The notes beneath the pieces were generated by a model. The model made no database searches. It was given only the letters and a program-made list of their open reading frames with translations, and was not told the origin of the DNA. This document shows, piece by piece, positions 27,101 through 39,100 of a stretch of 64,000 bases of DNA (its first letter is position 1; every line of letters starts with the position of its first letter). The position numbers and the translations under genes are program-made. This DNA comes from Schmidtea polychroa (lineage: Eukaryota), in assembly GCA_044892525.1 (NCBI GenBank), contig CM097888.1:81840001-81904000 (forward strand). Direction: 5' to 3'.

Positions 27101-30100
27101 TGTGGATGGACACCCGAAGCAATTAGTAAAAGGATGCCGTTGTTTTTGTGCGATAGTGCATTAGAGGTATATTTAGAAGCTAAAGAGAGAGACACGAAAT
27201 TAGAAAAGTGGGAAGATATTAAAACATTCCTGAAGAAAACCTTCGGAGCCAGTAAGCCAATCAACCAGGCGTTGGGCGAACTAGCAAATAGGAAACAAAG
27301 AGCAAACGAATCGATAACATTATATGCCAGTGAATTGCGGAGATTAGCGAAGAAAGCAATGAATGGAAAATTACCCGAAGAAAATCTGATCGGTTATTTC
27401 ATAGAGGGATTACGCCGAGAAGAAGTAAGAGCCTCAGTAGGTTGTCAAATGTGCAAAACATTAGAGGAAGCCATAGATTGGGCTACAAGATGCGAGCTCC
27501 ACCTTCCAGCTCAAATGAATATTATGCAAGAGGAGGGAAGGATAGCGACAGCAATAGCGAAAGCGGATAACGGAGATAACAACAATCAAGAACCGAAAAT
27601 GAATCAATTTATACCAGGAGCGCACCAAATTTTCAAACCACCACAAGGACGATCAAACGGGAATAATGGTAATCGTAACAACCCGAATAATGAGAACAAT
27701 TTCAATAATCGGCGAAATATGAACGATAACAAGCAGTGCCGAACATGCGGTAAACCAGGACACTGGGACAGAGATTGTTATAGAAATTCAACTTGTAATC
27801 GTTGCGGACGGCGTGGACATACCGAAAATGTATGCCAATTGCGAGGCTGTTTTAACTGTGGTCAGCCAGGTCACATCTCCAGAGATTGCCGAGAAAGGGG
27901 CCAACAACAACGACCACCACAGCGAAATAATAATTATATAGCGAATCCGCAACGACAAAGTAACCCTAACGAAGGAAAACAAATGAACGTTATGCAGGAA
28001 ATTTCGCAGATGAAACAGATGATGCAACAAATGATGAGACCAAGACAAGAATCAGCACCACAACAAACCCAGAATATACGTATGATGAGGAGTACCGAAA
28101 ATCTCAACAATTATGAAGTGCATCAACATGTACAAGAATGGCAAAGGTTACAGGCCGAGGAAGAGAGGATAAAACAAGAACGCAACCAACAACGACAAGA
28201 ACAACCATTGCGAATAAATATGATGAAGTTAGTAAAAGACATGAAGAGCCAGTATTGCTACAATTACGGGAAAAGCCCAAGGGTAGTACCCATGACTGAA
28301 CCAGAAAAGGTAAAAGAAATAACAACGGAAATGAAAACAGAGAATTCAACCACGATTTTAAAAGGAAACCAGAGAATTCAGAAAATATTCTGGAAAAAGA
28401 TGAAGGATAAAATCGAAAAAGAACATAATAAAGCGAAAACCGAGACAGAAGATGAAAATAACAAGAGCAAGGAACAAACCAGTCAACTAAACCACCAAAT
28501 GCTACAAGAATCAGAATCAGAAGAAACAACAATATTCGAAAGAAAGAAACTAAAGAGAGTACCAAGGATGAGAAACTTGCAAATCAATATGATGAAAAGG
28601 ACAAAAGATGTAGCATCGTCAGACGAAGAAGAAGATTATGTAAGTAGTTTGGGTGGAGAAATACTACAGCCGAATGAAATAAGCGAACCCCCAAAAGGGG
28701 AAATCAAAGAGGAAGAAAGCGGAAACGAGATAACCAGTGAAAGTGAAGACGAAGATATCGAAATAAAGTTGAGAAAAGCAAGGGAGGAAGCGATAAAACA
28801 GGTAGTCGAAATACTCCCAGTAGTAGTGAGGAACCAGGAGTTCATCGACGTAATACCATTCAGGCGATTCGTACAAAAAGTGATGAAATTGGAAAGAAAC
28901 GAGAAAGATCTAATACCAAACGAGGAAAAATCAATTATAAAAAATTATATGGAAAAAATGAAGCAGGCCGATACCACGCGGTATGTAATAAAAATTGGAA
29001 CGAGTAGAGGACTTGAAAGAATGTGGATAAAAAATACAGTCACCGACGAACTTTTCGATTGGATACGAGAACATTTGGGAAGTTCGAGAAAGAAAGAATA
29101 TCTGTATCAATACCAAGGAGAACAGATCAAACCAGATATGCACTTAGTAGATGCACTAATATGGCCAGGAGAAACGCAAATACTGAAGTTGCATAAAGAA
29201 AAACAACCAGCCAACCTTTACGATTGGGCTAAAGATGCCAAGGCAGAATATGATTTTAATATCAAATTGAAATTAGAACAAATAAAACAATGTACTCTGA
29301 GACGAAACCTGGATAAGCTGATCAAACAAATTCAAGAACAAGTAGAAGACAACTGGGATTTACTCATCACCAGACGAGCCCCAGCCATGTACGAACTAAT
29401 GAGCCGGTTGCGAGATACAGAAATGCTCCGAATGAGTGATTGGAGAACCATAAATTTGATCCACAAATATGGAAGGTTAAAAGAAACCCAGCCACAGAGG
29501 TTGGAAATAACCATATGGTTACCGAACGAAGAAAAACGACGAATAAAAATGAGCAATCAGAGTACAGTGGACGACTTGGTATCAAAAATAAACCAAGAGA
29601 TAACGGAAAAGGTACGTAGCGAAAGTAGTGATGGTATGGTGGATGATGTAGTCATGATGTACGATAAGATAATATTACGAGCGGAGGACGACACCTCGCT
29701 AAGCGAAATGGGTATGTGGGACAATCATCAGATAATCAGGATAGTACCAATGGATGAATTCCGAACAAGAGATGTAACATATCAAAAAGAAATACGAGAC
29801 CGGATGAAAACGTTATATCAAAAATCTACAGAAATAATTGAAATCCACCAACAATGGTTAAAAGAAAAAGAGCTACAAGGAAAAATCACGAAATTAAATA
29901 CCAGATCCTGCAGACGAACCCCATGGGAAAGAGTGTGGAATGCAGAAAGTAAGGAATGGGAAATCCGGAAAGGAATCTTCGTAGAAACAGACATCGGTGA
30001 GACAGAAAGTGAATCGGAGGAAGAAGAAGAGGAACCCCCAGAATATGAAGAGGAAGCAAGGGGACAGACATCAGATGACGAAAGCGAGACGGATGTCACA

Positions 30101-33100
30101 TCAGAAAGCGAAAATGAAGCGAGACATATTCATGCAATGAGGAAAAAGGAACGTGAATATGCTGATATGGACGGCGAAGAAGCGACGGAAGCAAGAGAAC
30201 GAGAAGAGACAGAAAGGTATAAACAATTAGGCGATATCTTAGCAATGGGAGCGAAAAATCAAAAACGCCAGGTAGTAGCGTTGGCTAATATCATCTTAAA
30301 AACATCAGAGAATATCCACAATCTGAGAGGAATGGCAAAGGCAATAGAGGAATACCGGCAATATAATGAATGGTATCCAGAACAGCTAGAACAAATTATT
30401 CGAAAATGGAGAAATCAGGAATGGGCACAAGACACCCAGGAGAGGTATCACATCCGAATCAAGTATCCGGACAAGAGCATCGAGGAACTAGAGGTGCATC
30501 CAACAACAAAAATTAGAGAATTAAAAAAGAAATTAGCATATGAAACTCCATTCCATCTGCAACTGTTCGGAAAATCACTAGACGATAATGCAGACGTCGG
30601 GATAACACCCATGAGATTGGAAGAGACAAATGTATTAACAATGGCGGAAACGTTGGGGAAACCGTTAAAAAGGAAAAGTAAAATTATTAAACCAACAAAA
30701 GGCAGTTTGAGTACTCCAAGTCCGAACAAAGCACCAAATAAATCTAATGAAACTGAAGAAGTTGAAGAGATAATCCTGGAAGATAGTGACGATGAACCAG
30801 GAGAAAGATCACCGCTATTAGTGAGATGGCCGACAGGAGCCGAAATGTGGACTAATAACCAGCCATCAACGAGTTATCAACAACCAACGAAACTGAACAT
30901 CAAAGAAATCATCGACAATACTACGGAAACCGAAACGGATGAACAATTCCAGAAGCAAAGAGAACCAACGAAAGTAACACCAGAAAGTCAAACCGACAAA
31001 ATAATAGACGAATGGAATGAGTGGCTAAGAAATAACGATAGCTCATTACCCAGAACGGATAACGAAAGAAATCCGAATTACGAAAATACCAGAGAAGCCG
31101 GAACGATGATGGAAAAACGGGCAAAAGGAAGACCTAAGAAACAAGGAGAAAAGTCTGAGTTCAAAACCAAAGAACAATTAAAGCAAGAACAAGGGCAAGT
31201 TCGATTAGAAAAATTGGATAAAATAGTATGGGATCTAAAGGAAGCCCAACCAACGATCGAAAGAGGAGAAAAATGGATACGAGAATTGTTAAAAGATATG
31301 TTAATAATAACAAACCCACAACTTAGACGTTTGTGGCAACGGAAAGTAGCCAGTACGGAAGCTAGACAATTATGGCACACCATTTCGGGGATAATCCCAA
31401 AGTTAATCAAAGAGAAAACGAAAACCACCAAAACGGATTGGGACGAAACAAAGAGAGTGATTGAGCAGCTCACGACAAATGCAAATGATGACGAACATCA
31501 CCTAGTGGTAATCACGTATTTAATGTATAATTTGATGGGACTAGCGGCGAGGAAAATACCAAATAAACAGTTTGCAAATCATGTGGAAATGACCGTTTCA
31601 ATCATAGAGAATACTATTGAACCACATATTATTCGTGCAGGAGGATGGAAAAGACTGATACAAGCGCCACGGAAAAATGAGCAAGAAAGGTCGATGCAAG
31701 TTAGATTGAAAAAATTATTAAATGAACTAGAATGGGAACTACCGATGAAAGATCCCGCAAGCAGAAAAGCATCAATAAATTCGTTAATGATGACTATGAT
31801 GATATGGATGTTGTGCACAAGTGGAGCAACAGGTTTCACCATCTACGATTGTGATAATATGATAATGAGAGATAAATACTCATTGAGAGACATAGAAGAA
31901 TGCAGACAAGCCTCACCCAACAAATTGGACATCGTGAGAACAAAAGTTACTTACCATGTATATCAAGAATCAGATTTCATCAGAACGCAAGCAAGGGAAT
32001 GCGTAGTATCAAAAAAGGTACTCGCATATTACTGTGGACAATATTCGTATTCGACTCTTATACTACCCGGTCTGGATAAAGAAATCGTATCAATACAACG
32101 AGAGGATTGTAAAGAGCTATTTAGAACCGGAGCGCTAAAAATGCATAACGGAGTGACAATTCACGGACAAACTGGAATGATTAAAACCGAAAGTGTTTAC
32201 GTATCCGGAAAAGTAAAATCATCAGATGGGTCATGTAACGGGGGGACGTATACGATCCGAGGCGAGGTAATATCGGGAGTTGTAGTGATCGAGTCTTACA
32301 CGGTCGAATTAAAAGAATACGAAGCGCAATTTGACGCAAATAATTACCAAATGAAGACCAACCCAGCGTGTAAAGCTACAGAAAACGTATGCAGGACAGG
32401 AGTATCAACTATAATCTATGAGGCTAATACCCAAAAATGCCGACTCCAACTGTTAAAAAGTGCTTTGTTCAATGAAGTAAAAGGAGAAATATATGAGAAC
32501 GAGAACGACGAGGATGGAAACGACAGAGTGAGAATGCGAAATGGAAAACCAATGCCACCATCTCCCAGAGAAAAGAGACTTTCAACGCAGAAGACACCAA
32601 CAGCATTAATCACAGACGACCCAGATCTAGGTATGAGATTTATCAAAGAGAAAGAAACCACCAAATGTGACAGTATAGTATATAAAACCAATTACGCAGG
32701 TATCTATATGTCGAGACAAATAATCGATAGAGCAGTGGGAAAGATAGCAACGGAGGACGTAAAACTATACTTATATGCAAATAATAAAATGGATTTTCTA
32801 TTTCATCGCGGACAAACGACCTTGCAAAAAGTATATTACGATCTGATACAAAACGATTGTTCATTGAATAAAGAAATATTGAAAACAAAGCTAGCTATTG
32901 CGATAACGCACCCCGATAACACGATGCCATCACTCCCATTACCAGATGGACACTTTGGTAGAATGGTAGGAGAAGTGATGTACACATACCAGTGTACCAA
33001 GACGTATGCACGAATGCCAGAAAAATCCATACTACCCGAAAAGAGATGTGCAAATGAATTAGAAATCCGTTACAAAGGACAAAATCGATTCGTCCAACCA

Positions 33101-36100
33101 GTCACTAGAATTATGAATCCAGTGGGTTTCTACCCAAATCTCTTTAACTGTTCTAATGCATACGGACCTTTATATGAAAGGCCCGATGGGAAATGGATGA
33201 TGTTACCGGGAAAAACCATATCCGAGGAGCCCAAGAAATTTGGATTAATAGAACTCGCCACAGAGCTGGATTTCAAACCTATAGACGTGTCAAACGGTGG
33301 TATGTATTCCCCAGAAGATCTAGAAACAGCACGACTTAACGTACTCTTTCCAGCCAGACGAGAATCCATTTTGTCAAATATGGTTACAATAACGGGGGGA
33401 ACAAATTATCAATCAGGCCCGAATTACGAGCTGCTATTATCGCCAGACCATTTTCAACAGGCTACGTCAAACATGATGAAAGCAATGTGGGGAAGATTCT
33501 TAGTTTTTGGACAAATGATGGCCGGGATATTAGGGATCATACTCATAATTCAGATAGTCAGAGTAATACTAACACAAATGTTAGCTTGTTTTGATATATA
33601 CAAGCGAGAAAAGAAAGTAAATTGGAAAATGATAGTAGGCTTTTTACCATTTTTAGCTAAAACCATGGTATTACATGGTCACTCAAAAGACATTCATCGG
33701 ATAAAGCGATTGATTAAAATATTAACAAAGATTAAAGGAACCGACGAAGAAGTAGGCAGACGATTCCGGAAAGTAATGTACGATGAAGCAACAAGACGAC
33801 AATTGAAAAAGAATAAGCCAAAATTCTTGGACCGATTTAGAAGCCAATCATCTAACAGCGATAGTGACGACGATGATAACGGGAACGATAAATGTCTTTA
33901 TCCGAACAGAAACCCAAACGAAAAACCAATGGAAACGGCACCATATTGGGAAAAGGAAAAGACAAACACCTGGATCGCCAATGGAAGCTATATACCACCG
34001 GATATCGTGGGACCACAAGCAGCTTTGACCATGACACAAAATATGTATCCGCAATTACCGAGTCAACCCGGTATGCATTATATGCCAACACGACGTACCA
34101 AAAGTGTAGATCAAGCAGATGACGTAAGAACAATCGCAGCAATGAGTCTACCTGGAGGTCCAGCAGTGACAGTCATGATTCAAATCAATGGTAAAGAAAC
34201 CAATGCTATGATAGACACAGGAGCTAATGTATCAGCGATAGCGATTAATCAAATTCCCAGTAAACACTGGAAAGATATCGAATCAACAACAATTCACATC
34301 ATAGCATGTAGTAAAGAAACAGTGGACGTGGTCGGAAGATGGTGGACTACATTGAGATACCAGGACAACGAAATTGAAACGTATTTGGCAGTAATACCAG
34401 AACTTAGCGTACCATGCATAATCGGAACGGATTTGATGCCAGAATTGTTAAAAGAAGTCGTAATTGACTTAACAACCATGTGTTTAAAAGACAAAACCGG
34501 TAGAATATGCAAAATGAATGCAGTCATCAGATGTCCAGAAAAAATAATAGTACCAGCAAAATCGCAGATGATTTGTCAGATAAAAGTGGATACGGGTATG
34601 GAAGGAGAAGTTATCTTTGAACCAAGCAAGTCATTCGAAAAGCGACGAGAATTACCACTCGCAAGAGAAATAATCACAATAAACCAAGAAGGAGTGATAC
34701 CGCTCAACATCACGAATTTCGAAGAGGAAGACAAAATCATTTATGAGAACGAAAAATTGGGAAGATTGACCCCAATGATGGACATAGAATTACCGAAAGT
34801 GACCAACGAGATGATCAAAGATGATGAATTATGGACAATAGATAGTATGTTGTTGACGAATGATGAAAAGAAAAAATTACACCGATTGTTGGTAGAATAT
34901 AAAGATATATTCGCCATCTCAGACTTAGATTTGGGTACATGCGATGTTACCCTACATGCAATACCCCTCATAGATGAAATTCCAATTGCATTAAGACCAT
35001 ACAAGCTAGCAGAAATGCAAAAAGAAATAGCCGAAGCAGAAGTACAAAAGATGCTGGACGCAAAAGTAATCGAACCAAGTTGCTCACCTTGGCAATTCCC
35101 AGTGGTCATGGTGAAAAAGAAAGATGGCACCCAACGATTCTGTATCGATTATCGGAAGTTAAACGCAGTGACCAAGAGAGATACCTATCCATTGCCGGAC
35201 ATCAATGAGATGTTATTGATGTTGCAAGGGGCAGCATATTTTACTTCTTTAGATCTAAAAAGTGGATACTGGCAGATTAAAGTCAAAGATGAGGACAAAG
35301 AGAAAACAGCTTTCACGTTGGGACGAGATCTATATCAATTCAGGAAAATGCCATTTGGACTGACCAACGCACCAGCATCATTTCAACGGTGTATGAACTT
35401 TGTCACCCATGGAATCAAACAATGTATGGTATATATTGATGATTTACTAATCTATTCAGCGACATTTGAACAACATCTGGAAGATATCCGAAACGTATTT
35501 ATTAGATTAAGACAGTGGAAACTCAAACTCAAACCATCAAAATGCGATTGGGCAAAGGAAAAAGTCACGTTTTTAGGACACATAGTGTCAGCTAAAGGAA
35601 AGGAGCCAGATCCAAGAAACATTGAGAAAATAAAAACATGTCCAGCACCGAAAACTGTCACCCAAGTTCAGGAATTTCTAGGATTATGCGGATACTATCG
35701 CAAATTTATCAAAAATTATGCAGGAATTGCAAAACCAATCCAGGAATTAGTAAAGAAGGACATTTCGTTCATTTGGGGGAAGGAACAACAAGAGGCGTTC
35801 GAAACGCTGAGAGATAAACTAATCGAAGCACCTATCCTCGTACACCCAGATTTTAAGAAGCCATTTCTATTGGCAACGGATGCAAGCGGGTACGCGGCAG
35901 GCGCGATTCTGGGACAATTAGATGATGAAGGAAAAGAGAGAGTAATCGGGTATTACAGTCGAACATTCAAAAAGCACGAAAAGAACTATTCGGTAACAGA
36001 ACGAGAAGCATTGGCTATAATACAAGCTATCAAACACTTCCGATATTTACTATGGGGACATGAGATATGCATAACCACAGATCATCAACCATTAGTGTGG

Positions 36101-39100
36101 TTAGGGCAACATAAAGAAGCGTCCAGTAGACTGATGAGATGGGCCATGCAATTGCAAGAATACTCCCCATTTATAAAATTCAAAGCGGGAAGAGCAAATG
36201 CCAACGCCGATTGTATGTCAAGATTTATTTTCCCAGATTTGGTGGATTCAGAAATGCAACGCATATGCTTAATAGTAGCGGAAGATTTGGATTTCTGTCA
36301 ATTACGAAAGGACCAACAAGAGGACGCGGAATTAAAACAAATTATCGATTATGTAAAAACCGGAAAGACAGAGGTATATGCGAAAGACCAAAAATTAAAA
36401 GAACATATGGATAAACACCGACACCGATATATTATAGAGAAAGATTGGTTGCTGATAATGGATGGGGAAAAACGATTAATGTGTATACCGGGAAACCGAC
36501 GAAAAGAGTTACTAACGCAATATCACGACGGGAGATTGGGAGGACATATGTCATCGAAAAAGACGTTAGCAAGAATGAAACAGAAATATTTTTGGCCTAC
36601 GTTAACTGAAGATGTAACCGAATGGGTAAAAAAATTGTCTAACTTGTGCAACCAGGAAGAATACTGGATCGAAATGGAAAGCACCTTTAACACCAATGCC
36701 AGTACCAATAGAACCAATGACGATGATATCCATGGACGTAGTTGGTCCACTACCAGAGTCAGATAAAGGAAACGTTTACATTCTAGTGATCACAGACTTT
36801 CTTACGAAATTCCCAGAAGCATTCGCGATGCCAGACCAAAAAGCTAAAACAATCGCAAAAATTTTGGTAGAAGAGATATGTTGCCGATATGGAACACCAA
36901 AACAAATCTTAACCGATCAGGGAACTAATTTTATGAGTGAGATAATGAGCGAAGTAACAAATTACTTCAAAATAGCAAAACTAAGAACCTCTCCATACCA
37001 CCCTCAAACCAATGGGATGACGGAAAGATTTAATGGAACACTTATACAAATGTTATCAAACTACGTTGACCGTCACCAACGAGATTGGGACGAATATATA
37101 AACCTATGCCTTATGGCATACAGAATGTCGATTCACGCATCAACGAAAATGAGCCCATTCAAATTAATGTACGGAAGAGAATGTAATATGCCAATGGACC
37201 TAGAATACCAACCACCGATATCACAGTATATGGAGATCGATGATTATGTTACGAAATTCAAGGAAAGAATGCAAGAAATTTGGGAAACTGCGGGATTAAA
37301 TATCAAGTTCTACCAGGAAAGTTATAAAGATTTACACGATCGAAAGAAAAACGTGAAGCAACATACGTTCCAAACAGGTGATTGGGTAATGATAGAAACC
37401 CCGGAATTAATTCCAGGAACCACAAAAAAGTTACAACGCAACGGAAAAGGACCATATGAGATCTTATTCGTAGGCGAAACTAATGTAAGAGTGAAATTGG
37501 TAAATAACCCCTTTACCAGACCAATATACGTAAACGTGGCACGATGCAAATCAATTCCAAAAACAGCCACCAGTCAACCAGAAGGCCGTACATTAACCAC
37601 ACGTTCGCAAACCTACCGAATGAACATGATGCAACAACTCGCAGAACCGATCACCGGACGATTGGGTATCCAACCATCAGAAGCGGAAAAAATTGTAAAA
37701 GAGGTAAAAATTAAAATACCTGGATGGGCAGAAGATCGATTAGATTTCGAAATATTAGGAGGATTATTGACGATGATCGAGAACTATGCAAATAGAGAAA
37801 GGACACACCCATTATTGCGAGTAGTCCAAAGCCAATGGCCAATATTATTTACAATAACAGATCATTACGGAGACACACCATTACACAAACTCATGAAAGT
37901 AGGTAACAACGAGCAAATACTAGAAACAATAGAAGCATTTCACGACTGCAAGCGATCAACAGAACAAACAAACAACCAAGGTTACACACCATTAATGATA
38001 GCCGCAAACAGAGGTAAAACAAAGGACATTATAACCGCATTACTCGATACCGGATCGAAAATAACTACACAAGACCACGAGCGGAAAAACGCTCTACATC
38101 ATGCTATCGAAGGGAGAAGTACCGAGGCGTTCACGTCATTGATGGAACTACTATCATATGAGGACAATCGGGAAGTCGGAAACATGTATGATGGATTGTT
38201 AACAGCGATCAAAGAAAAACTGACGACAATTACCGGAATATTAATTACATGGAGAAATCCAATTCGAAACGATTATATGATCAACGTAAACGAAGCGTTC
38301 ACGAGAGGAGAGAACACGCTGATGAGAGAAGCTATGAAAGGACATCATTTATTCGAAATCCCGAATCAATTACTAGAACGAGGGATAAAATTCACAAATC
38401 ATAAAGACGAACAGTTAGCAAAAAAGCGAATCGACACATTCGAAAAATCCCTATTCCAATTTACTAACCAAGTACGAAATAAATATTGGGAAACGGTAAG
38501 TGTGTTATATATGATGGACACGATGAATAACATCCGCGAGAATTACCTGGATATTATCCAAATACTTACAGCAGAGGAACGAATCAATAATCCAAACGGA
38601 AAGAAAACGAAAATAAGGTATGAGAAATCCAGGGAATCAAAGTCAACAACGAACCAAACGGTCACAAACAACGTCATCAAAACCAAATCAATGAGTACAG
38701 ATCAAGAGGCAATAATACGCAAAGCAAAAGAAGTGTTCTTTGAGGAAATGCTAGAGCTGCCAGACGAAATAATATTATCCAAAATCATAAAAGCCGTACA
38801 CACATACGCAAGAGATCAAACCACGGGTTTAGATATCGGGAAAATCAAAACCTTCTTGCCTCGAGCATTTACGATGGTAACGAAGGATTCCAGAACACCC
38901 CTACAACAAGCAATACTAGCAGCGAAAGAAAATAGAGCAATAACGATCGTGAGAATCCTTGGAGAGATGGGCGAGGAAACCAACACGAAAAATGAACAAG
39001 GTGAAACCGCCATGATGTATGCAGCTATAACGAAAATACACCCAAAAACACTCCACATCCTACATCAATCAGGATCGAAACTAGACGAAAAGTCCAATGA

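Noticed and set aside
34514-34790. Beta-rich segment between protease and RT, possibly a dUTPase relic
   Set aside because: No dUTPase catalytic motifs recognisable; similar linkers are common in animal Gypsy elements.
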